DNA from: a virus
Taxonomy: Duplodnaviria; Caudoviricetes
Direction: 5' to 3' (one strand)
DNA length: 64,000 nt
IMG/VR virus record: IMGVR_UViG_3300021400_000262
Coordinates: 1-64,000 of that record
Of this stretch, positions 37,924-50,016 are shown piece by piece (positions within the stretch are counted from its first letter, which is position 1; each line of letters begins with the position of its first letter). The notes under the pieces were generated by a model that ran no database searches, was not told where the DNA came from, and saw only the letters and a program-made list of their open reading frames with translations. Made by a program: the position numbers and the translations under genes.

Positions 37924-39660
37924 ATGGCATTAAAAGATTTACTTGACCTCTCTAAACAAAGAAAAAAGATTGGTGTTTCTGAAGAGCGTATTCATCAAAT
38001 AATTCCAGAAGCAAGAAAGTATATTGCCTTTTGGAGAGAATATCCAGATTTATTTGTCGATTTTCTTCTTAAAATGGGGAACCCGCAAGATTTTAAATTC
38101 TATTTTTATTAGAGAGTGTTTTTGCGGGTGGCGATGCGACACCAGTACGTATACGCGGTATTCCCCCGTGCATATTCTAAGTCTTTTCTTTCTATGATGA
38201 TCCTGATGATTCGTTGTATTTTATATCCTAGATGCAAATTATTTGTTACTTCTGGAGGAAAAGAATAGGCTGCTGGAATTATGAAAGAAAAAGTTTAGGA
38301 AATATGTAATCTTATTCCAGCTTTTGAAAAAGAAATTAACTGGGGACGAGGAGTAACTCTTGAAGGTAAAGATTATGCGAAATATGTCTTTAAAGGTGGA
38401 TCTTATTTCGATAATATTGCGGCCAGGGAGAGCTCCCGTGGTAAGCGCCGACATGCGGGTGTAATCGAGGAGTGCGTAGGTGTCGATGGATAGATCTTAA
38501 ATGAAGTTATTGTGCCTACAATGAATATTTCTCGTATGTGTATGGATGGTACTTCTCATCCAGAAGAATAGTTAAATAAATCTCAGTTATTTATTACTAC
38601 CGCTGGATATAAAAATACTTATGCATATGATAAATTAATACAGTTTTTAGTTTGGCAAATTGTCCGACCAGAAAAAGCTATGATTATGGGTGGTACTTAT
38701 AGAGTACCTGTTTTAGTAAAACTTCTTGATAAAAATTTCGTACAAGACCTCCGCATGGATGGTACATTTAATGAATCTTCTTTTTAGCGTGAATATGAAT
38801 CTAAATGGTCTGGTACTGTTGAAGATGCTTTCTTTAATTCTGAATCCTTTGATAGAAACCGAATATTAAAACAACCTGAATATGAAGCTTCTGGTAGAAT
38901 AAGTAAAAATAGCTTTTATATTCTTTCAATGGATGTGGGTCGAAAAGGATGCGACTCAGTTGTATGCGTCTTTAAGGTGACGCCGCAAGCACAAGGCGTT
39001 TCTTTAAAATAGCTAATTAATATTTATACTTTTAGTGACGATCATTTTGAAGATTAGTGTATAAAAGTTAAAAAACTTTTTTATAAATATAAAGCAAAAA
39101 GACTCGTGGTTGATGCTAACGGTCTTGGTATTGGTTTTCTTGATTATCTTGTAAAATCTTAGATTGATCCAGATACCAATGAAATATATCCAGATTTTGG
39201 TGTTTATAATGATGAAGAAGATTATTATAAAAAATATCGAACTTAGAATTGCGAACAAGATGCAATTTATTAGATTAAAGCTAATGCTCCAATAAATAAT
39301 GAAGCTCATGCTAATGCTCAAACTTAGCTTTCTTCTGGAAAAGTAAAATTTTTACAAGATGAGCGTGTTGCAAAAACTAAATTATTAGGTACTGTAAAAG
39401 GTAATAATATGACTCCAGAAGAAAGGGCAGAATATTTAAAACCATTTACTTTAACTTCCATATTAAAAGAGGAAATGATGAACCTTCGTGAGGAAAATGA
39501 AGGTGTTAATATCATTTTGAAGTAGGCTAATAAAGGTATTAGAAAAGATAAATTTTCTGCTTTTGAATATGGTCTATATTATATAAAACAAGAAGAAGAT
39601 AATAAGAAAAAGAAAAAGCGTTTTAATGCTAAGGATTGGAAGTTCTTTAGTAGCATATAA
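37924..39660 (+). CDS. terL: terminase large subunit (578 aa, TAG=Gln)
   Basis: FY(Q)RVFLR, FPRAYSKS Walker A variant, RGKRRHAGVIEE Walker B, F(Q)REYES, LSMDVGR nuclease, KDKFSA. Confidence 0.92.
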
Positions 39661-39681
39661 AGATGAAAGGAGGTTGACCTT

Positions 39682-40038
39682 ATGGATGCAAGCAGAGGCG
39701 AAATGAAGATACATGAAATTCTAGAATAGTCTGGATTGAAGTATGTAATGGAATATAGTATCGAAGGATTAAATAGCTCCAATGGAAAACCTCTTCGTTT
39801 TGATTTTGCTATTTTTGACGATGATGGGAATTTAGATTTTTTAATAGAATATCAAGGAAAACAACATTATGAACCTAGTGCAAAATTTGGTGGAAAAAGA
39901 GGATTTTATTAGCAGCAATATAATGATAATAAAAAACGTAGATTTTGTGCTTTAAATGATGTTAAATTAATAGAAATTCCATATACAGAAGAAAATCTTA
40001 TTACTTATGATTATATAATGCATAAAGCAGGATATTAA
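39682..40038 (+). CDS. Vsr/DUF559-like PD-(D/E)XK endonuclease (118 aa, TAG=Gln)
   Basis: SRGE..I...LRFDF...IEYQGKQH...D..K..FC..LIEIPY. Confidence 0.8.
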
Positions 40039-40057
40039 TTTTTTAGGAGGCTGAATA

Positions 40058-41728
40058 GTGAAAAATAGATAGGAAAAAATTCGCTCCAAAGGATTTAATA
40101 TCACTAATACTAGATAGAGTAATGAAGGGCCATTAGATTATAATTCTATTAAAATAGGCATGAAAACTTTAGAAGATGCTGTTTTAAATTTAGGCTCTTT
40201 ACGCAAGATTGGTAACAGAGGGTATGGAGATAAAGTAAAAGTTTTACAAGCCATTAACGATCATAACCTTCCTTTGTTAAGAAGCATTTCTGAATTTTTC
40301 TATAATACAAGTGGTATTTATTCTCGTACTTGTGATTATGCAGCATATTTATATCGGTATGATTGGTATGTTGTTCCAGAAATTTTTGATAAAGAAAGTA
40401 AAACAGAAAAGATTGTTAAAGAATTTAGTGACATATTAACATATCTAGATAATTCTCATGTAAAAAAATTATGTGGAGATATAGCTTTAGATGTTATAAA
40501 ATATGGAGCTTATTATGGATATATTATTCCATCTTCTTCTGGACTAGTTCTGCAATAGTTGCCAATTAACTATTGCCGATCAAGATTTAGTATTGGAGAT
40601 ATACCAGTAGTAGAGTTCAATATGGCCTTCTTTGATGAGTGTTTTAGGGATGTTAATTATCGTATGAAAATACTTAAAATGTTCCCTGATGAGTTTAAAA
40701 AAGGTTATATACTTTACAAACAAAATAAATTAACCCCAGAATATATCGGAGATGATTATTATTGGGGCGGAAGAATTAATCGAGAGCATGATTTTTTAAG
40801 TTGTCGTGCGGGCGGGTGGTACCCGCTTGAACCAGGCAATACGGTGAAATTTTGCTTCAAGAATGGTGACTAGCCACTTTTCATTAATGCGATTCCTAAT
40901 ATCATAGACCTTGACGCAGGTCAAGACCTGGATCGCCGCAAACAAATGCAAGATTTAATGAAAATTGTTATTCAAAAATTACCGCTTGATAAAAATGGGG
41001 ATTTAATTTTTGATGTAGATGAAGCAAGAGATATTCATAATAATGCTGTTGAAATGTTACAACATGCTATTGGAGTTGATGTTTTAACAACATTCGCTGA
41101 TGTAGATATCAAAGATGTTGCAGATAAAAATTCTACAACATCAGATGATGATCTTGAAAGAATGGAAAGAACTGTTTATAATAGTTTTGGTGTTTCAAGG
41201 AACTTATTTAATACAGATGGTAATTTATCTTTGGAAAAATCTATTCTTGATGATGAATCTACATTAAAAACATTATTATTATAGTTTGGGACTTTTTTTG
41301 ATAAGGTTACTAAAGCTTTAAGTAAGAATAAAAAGAAATATAATTTTAGACTTTATATGTTGGAAACAACTTAGTATAATTATAAAGAGTTATCTAAAAT
41401 GTATAAAGAACAAGAGCAAATGGGTAAATCAAAAATGTTAGCACAAGTTGCTCTTGGACATTCACAAAGTGCGATTATACATACCGCATATTTTGAAAAT
41501 GAAATTCTTCATTTAAGTGAGTTAATGATTCCTCCTTTAATGAGTTCTACTTTAAATGCTGATGCAATTTTGGGTAAAAAAGATTAGAATAATGATTCAA
41601 AAACTCAAAATTCTTCAGAAGGAAATGTTAAAACTTAGAAGCTTTCTTCTGGTGAAGTTGGTAGACCTCAAAAAGAAGAAGGACAGAAAAGTGAAAAAAC
41701 AATCGCTAATCAAGAATCTATGAGTTAA
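40058..41728 (+). CDS. portal protein (556 aa, TAG=Gln)
   Basis: Four track fragments share one frame; size and position between terminase and protease. Confidence 0.8.
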
Positions 41729-41737
41729 GGGGGAAAC

Positions 41738-43252
41738 ATGAAACATACAAGTGTAAAATTAAACACACCAAGTGAATTCATTAAATTAACTCCTATTAAC
41801 CCCTTGGTTTCTAAATGCGAAATTAAAGTTTGTTATGTTAGTGATGAACCAAATCGTAATAGAAGCGTTATTACTAAAGAAGTAGCTAAGAAAATAGCTA
41901 ATACAATTCCAGGAACTCCAATCGTTGGTTATTATAATCAATATAAAGGTGATTTTGAAGAACACAATCGTACAATTTCAATAAAAAATAACGAAATCAT
42001 TATTGAAGATGCAACAAGACCTTATGGCTTTGTTGATTTTAATGCAAAATGTTGGTTTCAATGGTTTCGTGATGACGATGGTGTTGATAGAGAGTATTTA
42101 ATGACCGAAGGTTGGCTTTGGACAGGTCAATATCCAGAAGCACAAAGGGTTATTGATAAAGGTAATAATTAGTCTATGGAATTAGATAAAAATTTATTAA
42201 ACGCTTGGTGGACAAAAGATAATAATGGTAAACCAATGTTTTTCATTATTAATGAGGCAGTAATGTCTAAGCTCTGTATTTTAGGTGAAGAAGAAGAACC
42301 TTGCTTCGAAGGAGCTAGTATTTCAAGTGTTTAGTTCTCATTAACAAAAGATTTTAATTATTAGCTTTAGAGAATGAAGGATCAATTAACAGAGTTATTA
42401 AATAATAAAGGAGGAGCGCAAGTGTTTACTACATACGCAGTAACAGTTGGAGATGCTCTTTGGACTGCATTATATAGTCATTTAAAGACAGCTTATCAAG
42501 ATGTTTATTCTATTGCTGGTATCTTTGAAGACGATAATCAGAAATATGCAGTCCTTAAAGATAATTCAGCTGAGAATAAATATGTTCGCTTGAACTTCTC
42601 ATTCTCCGAGTCAGACGGATTTTCTGCTGAAGAGAATGTAAATGAAGTTGAGTATACTCCTGCAGAAGAACCTCAGTTTTCTCTTTCTGAAGTAGAAGCT
42701 TTTGAGCTTACTTTTAAGAAGGATGAGGATCCAGAAGATGGAGAAAAGGACAAAAAAGATAAATCTGAAGGAAATAATCCTGATAATCCTACAGAAGATC
42801 AAAAAGAAAAAGAGGAAGAAGAAGATGATAAAAAGAAAACTTCTTATTCTTTAGAAGAATATAATGATCTTCTAACAAAATATACTGATTTAGAAACTAA
42901 ATATAATACTTTAGTTGAAGAAAAAGTACAATTAGAATCTGAGCTTCAGCCGCTTAGAGAATTTAAACTTGCGGCAGATCGCAAGGCTAAAGAAGAAATG
43001 ATTAATAATTTCTACTGGCTTGATGATGAGGCTAAGAAAGATGTTCGTGAGAACATTGATACATATTCTTTAGATGATATTGAATCAAAACTTTCAATTC
43101 TTAGTGTTCGCAATAAGGTGAATTTTAACCTTGAAGATGATAGTACTCCCAAGGGGCCAATAACTTACAACCTTCATGCAGATGATTTTGGTGATGAATC
43201 TGTTCCTGCTTGGGTAAAAGCCGTCTTAGATACTGCGAAGACTTTAAACTAA
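41738..43252 (+). CDS. prohead protease-scaffold fusion (504 aa, TAG=Gln)
   Basis: NRNRS..., TPIVG, H, N(Q)SME, LCILG..EPCFEGA; acidic coiled-coil C-terminus. Confidence 0.8.
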
Positions 43253-43272
43253 TTAAGGAGGAATGACAGATT

Positions 43273-44229
43273 ATGTTTAAAGACTTTTTAAATAGCCATA
43301 TTCCTGCAGCTTATAAGTCTCAGGCTGGCTATGTAGAGTTTGGATATGGTCAGGTTGAGCCAAACCACCTTTCTGCTCAAAGAACAGGTCAAATCTATGC
43401 TCAGTTACCTGCCGCACCAAGCATCACAATGCTTGAACAAGGTCAGTTTGTTAAATATGATTATGCCGCTAATAGTAATGGTATTGGCGAAGTTAATTTC
43501 ACTGGCAAGGGCGAATGGATGCTTGTATATAATGAAATTAAATTATACCGCGATCATCCCGATGGAACAAAGCAATGGGATTGCGAATTTGTTATGTTAA
43601 AGGATGATTATCAGGCTCGTGTTTATACACCTTATGACTGGGAACTTCCAGAAGTTGAATATCATAATGGTCTTCGTTTAAATGGCGTTGATGAATTTGG
43701 AAAGACTTCTAAAACTATTACTCATGCAGTTACTCTTAATGCTGATATGAAAACTGTTGATATTGCTGGAGTTCGTTATGCTGTTGAAGCTAGTGAGCCA
43801 AATGCGAATGGTGTTGTAACCTATACTCTTCATTATGGTAATAAAGATTATACTTCTACAACTGGAACTTTCGAGAATATTCCTGTTGAATATACATATG
43901 ATGATGTAACTAAGGATGTTCCGGATATTTATGAATGGAATTTCACAAATGATCCTTGGAAGAAACTTGGTACTTATAAGGAAAAGATGATGAGACCTGG
44001 TACTGCTATGGTTCCTCGCGTCTTTAAGACTAATGTTGGTGATATTTTCACTACTAATACAATTAAAGATACTACTGTAACTGTTGGAAACATTCTTGTT
44101 CCTGGCACTACAAATGGTATCCTTGAAGTTAAAGCTGAACCCGTTGCCACTGATATGCAATGGCAAGTTGTCAAGGTATATACTATGCCTGATGGACAAA
44201 AGGGTGCTAAGATTATGAGAATTGCGTAA
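43273..44229 (+). CDS. virion structural (capsid decoration-like) protein
   Basis: Position between scaffold and capsid; no TAG. Confidence 0.6.
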   Translation: MFKDFLNSHIPAAYKSQAGYVEFGYGQVEPNHLSAQRTGQIYAQLPAAPSITMLEQGQFVKYDYAANSNGIGEVNFTGKGEWMLVYNEIKLYRDHPDGTKQWDCEFVMLKDDYQARVYTPYDWELPEVEYHNGLRLNGVDEFGKTSKTITHAVTLNADMKTVDIAGVRYAVEASEPNANGVVTYTLHYGNKDYTSTTGTFENIPVEYTYDDVTKDVPDIYEWNFTNDPWKKLGTYKEKMMRPGTAMVPRVFKTNVGDIFTTNTIKDTTVTVGNILVPGTTNGILEVKAEPVATDMQWQVVKVYTMPDGQKGAKIMRIA

Positions 44230-44248
44230 GAAAGGGGGATAAAAGAGA

Positions 44249-45361
44249 ATGTTAGATAGAACTAATTTAGTTGCTTTAATGAAGCAAGTAGCAAAAGCAG
44301 ATCCAGCAGCTCCTATTTCTTATAGCTTTAGTGGTCAAAATCTTAGCTATGAAGCTATGCAAGAGACTCTTCGTAAAGAGTTAAATGAACTTGCTGGAAC
44401 CTATGCTCTTTATAGAGAGAATAAAAATCTTATTTTCTCTATGATTGAAGAAACAATGGATGAAATTCTTCCTAAAAAGGTGACTCAGCAGTATGAGCAA
44501 TTTGCTGAAGTTAAGACTTTTGCACAAGGTGATAAGCCTGTATTCCGCAGACCTCTTAATACTAGAGCAAGAGCTAAACAGTTTATTACTCGTGTTGGTC
44601 TTGCTGGTATGTATGAAGTATTTAAGCTTGGTCCTGCTGAGAAAGAAAGCTTTGAAGTTCGTACAAGCGCAATCGGAGGCGCTGCTCAAATTGGATTCGA
44701 AGAGTTCCTTGATGGTCGTGTTGACTTCGCTGAACTTACTAGAATTATCATGGAAGGTATGGATGAATTAATTTATAAAGAAGTTGCTCATGCATTAAAG
44801 GCTTCTGTTAATCAACTTCCTCCTGCTAATAGAGTCGTTTCTAATGGTTTTGACGAAAAAGCTTTTGATAGATTAATTACTATTGCCGCAGCTTATGGCA
44901 CTCCAGTTATTTATTGCACTTATGAATTTGCTGTAAATATGATTCCTAATGAAGCTTGGAGATACACTGAAGATATGAAGACCGAGCTTTGGAACACTGG
45001 TCGCCTTGCTAATTATAAAGGAAAGCAAGTTATTATCCTTGATCAGGGATTTGAAGATGAGACCAATACTCGTAAGGTAATTGATCCTGGTTATGCTTGG
45101 ATTATTCCTACTGGTGCTGATGGTAAGCCTGTAAAGATTGCTTTCGAGGGTGGCACTATTGTTGATGAATTCAATAATTATGATCGTTCTAGAGAGATTC
45201 AGGTTTATAAAAAGGTTGGCGTTGTTTGCATGCTTGCTAATAATGTTTGTTGCTATGTTGACACCGCTCTTCTTGGTCAGATGCTTACTTGGAATCTTGA
45301 TGGTATTACTGGTAAGGTTGCTACTTATGATGGCCGCCCAAGTGGTACACTGGGAAACTAA
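44249..45361 (+). CDS. major capsid protein
   Basis: 370 aa; position; high-expression codon bias; no TAG. Confidence 0.8.
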   Translation: MLDRTNLVALMKQVAKADPAAPISYSFSGQNLSYEAMQETLRKELNELAGTYALYRENKNLIFSMIEETMDEILPKKVTQQYEQFAEVKTFAQGDKPVFRRPLNTRARAKQFITRVGLAGMYEVFKLGPAEKESFEVRTSAIGGAAQIGFEEFLDGRVDFAELTRIIMEGMDELIYKEVAHALKASVNQLPPANRVVSNGFDEKAFDRLITIAAAYGTPVIYCTYEFAVNMIPNEAWRYTEDMKTELWNTGRLANYKGKQVIILDQGFEDETNTRKVIDPGYAWIIPTGADGKPVKIAFEGGTIVDEFNNYDRSREIQVYKKVGVVCMLANNVCCYVDTALLGQMLTWNLDGITGKVATYDGRPSGTLGN

Positions 45362-45768
45362 TTGAAGTAACAGTAGCTAAATTAGCGGCTGCCCCTAATG
45401 ACGAAAATAAAGAGGCATCTTAGGCAAATTAGGAAGCTGTTACAATCACCAAAATAGGCAGTAATATTATTATAACTGGTGATTTAGATACTTTAAATAC
45501 TTTTAATTCAACAAATCCTTCTCAAGGTGAACATAAATGGGTTGGAATTGATATCGACACTGGATTAGATTCTATAGTTGGAGCAACTTGGAATGGATAT
45601 CCTTTAACACAAGATGATGTTGATGAAGCTGCATCAGTTGGACTTGGCGCAGGACATATTATTTTCTGGGCTAAAGCTGATGTAATTGCTACAACTCCTG
45701 CTAATATTACCATTGGTAAAGAAGGTTGCGAAGATATTGTATTAACAGTATCTTTTGAAAATGTTTAA
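45352..45768 (+). CDS. -1 frameshift extension of major capsid (beta-rich domain, 2 TAG=Gln)
   Basis: G GGA AAC slippery heptamer at the capsid stop; open -1 frame of 139 codons with no own start or RBS. Confidence 0.75.
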
Positions 45769-45787
45769 TAAATAAAATTTTTCTTGA

Positions 45788-45830
45788 TAAGGGGAAGGGG
45801 GAATTCCCCTTCCCCTTATTTTTATTTTTT
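45788..45830 (+). terminator. intrinsic terminator
   Basis: AAGGGGAAGGGG/CCCCTTCCCCTT plus T-tract. Confidence 0.8.
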
Positions 45831-45849
45831 GAGATAAAGGAGATAGTAT

Positions 45850-46422
45850 ATGTTAAATAAAGCAGAGATGTGTAAGGTAAAAAATAGAAGCACTAGTGTG
45901 GTGGTTTATAAAATTCCAGAAACTAATCTTCGCAGAGAATTTGCTCCTGGTGAAACAAAAAGAATTCCATCCGATGAGTTTGAAAAATTAACTTATCAAC
46001 CGGGTGGAAAAGAACTTCTTGCAAATTTTCTTCAAATTGAAGATGAAGAAATTACTACGGAATTGAATATTCCTAGAGAGCCAGAATATGATATGTCTGA
46101 AGATCAAATTAGAGATTTGCTTTTAACTGGTTCTTTAAATGCTTTTCTTGATGCATTAGATTTTGCTCCTCTTGGAGTTATTGATTTAATTAAGTCTTTA
46201 GCTGTATCATTACCTTTAACAGACTATAATAAGAGACAGGCACTTAAAGAGAAAACTGGTTTTGATATTGATAAAGCTCTTATGCATATTGAAGAAGAAA
46301 AGGCTGAAGAAAATGTACCTGCGGCAGCGCCTCAGCGAAGAGTTCAGCCCGTTAAAGAGAACGCAGAACCGGCTCGCCGCACCACTCCTAAATATAAAGT
46401 GACAAGTAAGACAGAAAATTAA
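45850..46422 (+). CDS. hypothetical virion-module protein
   Basis: ORF track, RBS. Confidence 0.75.
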   Translation: MLNKAEMCKVKNRSTSVVVYKIPETNLRREFAPGETKRIPSDEFEKLTYQPGGKELLANFLQIEDEEITTELNIPREPEYDMSEDQIRDLLLTGSLNAFLDALDFAPLGVIDLIKSLAVSLPLTDYNKRQALKEKTGFDIDKALMHIEEEKAEENVPAAAPQRRVQPVKENAEPARRTTPKYKVTSKTEN

Positions 46423-46433
46423 AAGGAGTTATA

Positions 46434-47096
46434 ATGGCTGAAACATATATTACAGACGAAGAACAAATTACTGCGACTGGAACTATGTTTGCGACTATAT
46501 ATAACCGTTTTCTTGGTAAAATTACTGATGATATGTATATGGAATTAACTCCAGAAGATACCATTAAAGATTTATAGAATCTCTTGGTTGATGCTATACC
46601 TGGCTTTGAATTTCCTCGGGTTAATTTATTTGATTACCAATTAAAGACCGAGATTATTAATGAAGCTGATGCGCAGCCTGGAGATTTTATTTTAGCTGTT
46701 CTTTGGGGTGAATTACCGGAAGATGGGGAATAGGAATCTCCAAAAGTCCTTGTTGAGAGATCTGCTTTTTATGCAGAATTGACGACAGAAGAAGTCAATA
46801 TCCTAGCATTATTAATGAAATAGGCTTGGATTGAACGTCAAGTAGCTTCTATTGAAAACATCAGAATGAAATATTCTGGTCCTGACTTTAAAATGACTTC
46901 ACAAGCGAATCATTTATAGAAGTTACTATCTCTATTGTCTGAAGCACAGCGAGAGTCTTTCCATATGCAAAGATTGTATAAACGTAGAAAAATATCTAAG
47001 AAAGATGGCAGATATAAATCTAATTGGACAGTGTTAAGGTAGCATAGTACATTGCGGCCTCCTGTTACTTTTTATAGTGAGGAGGATAATTGGTAA
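46434..47096 (+). CDS. putative head-tail adaptor (220 aa, TAG=Gln)
   Basis: MAETYITDE...IYNRFLGKITDD...SQANHL(Q)KL; missed by the track; function from position. Confidence 0.65.
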
Positions 47097-47401
47097 TGTA
47101 TTCAGATCGTTTTAATATTCATTTTCCAAAAGAAGTTATCTCACAAGATATCTAGCGTTTATCTAATTAGATATGGAAATGCATTCCAATGCGTGAAAAT
47201 AATGAGGACTGGAAAAAACAATTAGATACAGTCGAGTTAGAAATTGTTGGATTAAATGAAATTTTTATGTCTCAACATTTTCTTCAATTATTAAGTAAAT
47301 TAGAGGGATTGCGAATACAAGAAACGAGCTTTGAGTTTTATAGAAAAACTATCTTTGAAAGTTTAAGTCTATTATAGGAGCTAAATCTCAATGACGGATA
47401 A
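47096..47401 (+). CDS. hypothetical protein (101 aa, TAG=Gln)
   Basis: TAATG overlap; in frame with track ORF 47189. Confidence 0.7.
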
Positions 47402-48650
47402 TAAGTCAAAAAAGGATTATCGCAATACCTCTTTATTTTTATTAGGAAAAAGACTAGGATTAAACTATAATTCTTTTGATAAAGAGTCTAAACAAGATGT
47501 TAGAAATGATAATCTTGGAGTTTTTGGCGCTAGAGTTGGATTGAATTATTAGTAGAATCTTAGTAATGCTGAAGATTCTGAATCAACAATAGATTCTATT
47601 GTTGATCCTAATGTAACTGGCGTTAATAACCAAAGAGCCATTTTAGGCTACAATGGGGGAACGTCATAGCAAGATCGCATGATATTTGATAAAAGGAGAA
47701 CTTTAGATAGAGTTTTAAAATATTCTTATCAATCTACACCTATACGAAAAGTATAGTGTGATGATGATTTAGATAATACTTTGTATCCAAATATTCATGC
47801 TTTAGATGAGCATCCTTTTTGTTGGGCTTTAATAAATCCTGACAAAAATAAAATGAATTATGATGATAAAATAATATCTGTACATTATGAGGAAAATTAT
47901 CATCCAGGAGATGTGTTTGAGTGGATAGGTACTAATACTTATTGGTTAATTTATTTATAGGATCTTGACGAAAAAGCGTATTTCCGTGGAGAAATAAGAA
48001 GATGTTCTTATTAGATTACTTGGGAAGATGAAAATGGCTAGCATACAAGTTATGCTGCGATAAGAGGTCCTGTAGAGACAAAAATTGATTATATTTAGAA
48101 ACATTAGATTTCTGTTGATAATCCAAATCATAGTTTAAATATTTTAATGCCAAGAACCAAAGATACTGTTTCTTATTTTTAGAGATATAGTAAATTTTAT
48201 TTACAAGATGAAACTGAAGGAGCGCCATTGATTTGTTGGCGTGTTGAAGCGGTTGATTGGATTTCTACTCCAGGCATATTGGAAATAAATGCTACAGAAT
48301 ATTATTCCAATAAAGATGAAGATGATTTAGAGAATAAGATTGCGGGCGCGCTGATTGCGGCGCCGATTGATCCCAACCCTGAACCCGATGAGGACCAGCC
48401 GCAAATAACAGGAGATACTTTTATAAAACCAAAAGTTGTATATGAGTATCGTTATGAAGGGGCTGAAGGTGATTCTTACTCTTGGAAAATAGATGTTAAG
48501 AATAATAATACACCAGAATTAATCTCTATGAGAGTAAATCCAAATGATCCTTATCATATAAAGTTAATTTGGAATTCATCTTTTAGTGGATAGTTTATTT
48601 TATCCTATGGTCCAACGACTAAAACTATTGTTGTTGAATCGTTGTTTTAA
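47391..48650 (+). CDS. putative head-closure/neck protein (419 aa, TAG=Gln)
   Basis: In frame with track ORF 48228; function from position. Confidence 0.6.
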
Positions 48651-48678
48651 TATAGATTGGTGATAAAGGAGATAAAAA

Positions 48679-49263
48679 ATGATTATTGATAAGACTTTAA
48701 AACCAAAGTCAGCTTTTCTCTCTGTAGAAAAGGATATGGGAATTATCATTAATAAGCTTCTGCAAAGTGATAGATTAAAAAGATTATTATATTATACCAC
48801 TCCAGATGCTATTGAAAAACAAAATCTAACTTCTGCTCAAGCAGCTGAGTTAATTAATAAGAATATAAAAAATGTACCTAAACTTTATGTTGATAATAGT
48901 GTACTAAATTATATAATTATTAATTTTGATAATTTTACTTCAAATAGAACAAATCCAGAATTTAGAGATAATATTATTGAATTTGATATTATTTGTCATT
49001 TTGATTAGTGGCAACTTAATGATTTTAAATTAAGACCATATAGGATTGCCGCAGAAATTGACTCTCTTTTGGATGACACTCATTTAACAGGTATTGGTAA
49101 ATTAGAATTTCTTGGTGCAAATCAAATTATTCTTACTGATGAATATGCTGGTTTATGTTTAATGTATCAAGCTATTCATGGTGAAGAAGATAAGAAGTTT
49201 ATGCCAAATCCTGCTGACGAAGAAAAGTTTATCGAAGATTATAAAAATAGTTTTGGAGGATAA
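48679..49263 (+). CDS. putative tail terminator/neck protein (194 aa, TAG=Gln)
   Basis: Fragments 48679 and 49069 in frame. Confidence 0.65.
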
Positions 49264-49267
49264 ATAA

Positions 49268-49993
49268 ATGGATATCCAACTAGCGTTAATGACTGGCATT
49301 GATATACCAATTCCATAGTGCTAGTTAGTTATTCATTAGCCTCGAATAAGAGATATTTCTTTTATTGGAAATGAGGAATTTTTTAAAGGTGTATAGTGTC
49401 TTTCTTTAAATAAATCTATGTTTGCAAAGGACAAAACTGATTTAGACAAAGTAAGTAATTTTCAAATATTTATGACAATAATGAGCGAAAAGGAAACAGC
49501 TGATAAAAAAGAAGCTGTAAAGCAATTATTGCTACTTACTTTTCCAGATTATAAGGTATCTTTTACACCTAGATCATTAATTTTTTTAGGCAAAGATAAT
49601 CAATCAATATCTATTGATGAAACTAACTTTGATTTTTTGCAAGAGATGGTAAGAATTATATTTTGTTCAAAAAATGGGCCAATGGATTAGCAAACATTTA
49701 ATCCAAGTGGAGAAAAAGCTAAAGAAATTGCTCAAAAATTAATGCGTGGTCGTGAAAGAGTTGCAGAATAGAAAGGTTCTGCAATATCAGACGTATTTGG
49801 ATAGTATATGTCTGTTTTATCTGTGGGTTTGCATATACCTTTAACAGTATTTAATGATTATACAATGTATTAGTTATATGATGAAATGGACAGATTTGCT
49901 TTATACGTTAATTGGGATATAGATATTCGATCCAGATTGGCTGGCGGCAAGCCCGATTCCGAGCCAGAGAATTGGATGAAAAATATCCATTAA
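49268..49993 (+). CDS. hypothetical tail-module protein (241 aa, TAG=Gln)
   Basis: In frame with track ORF 49418. Confidence 0.7.
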
Positions 49994-50016
49994 AATATCA
50001 AGGAGGAATATACACT

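Noticed and set aside
49912-50016. N-terminal extension of the tail tube ORF
   Set aside because: Overlaps the upstream recoded gene; the strong RBS points to ATG at 50017
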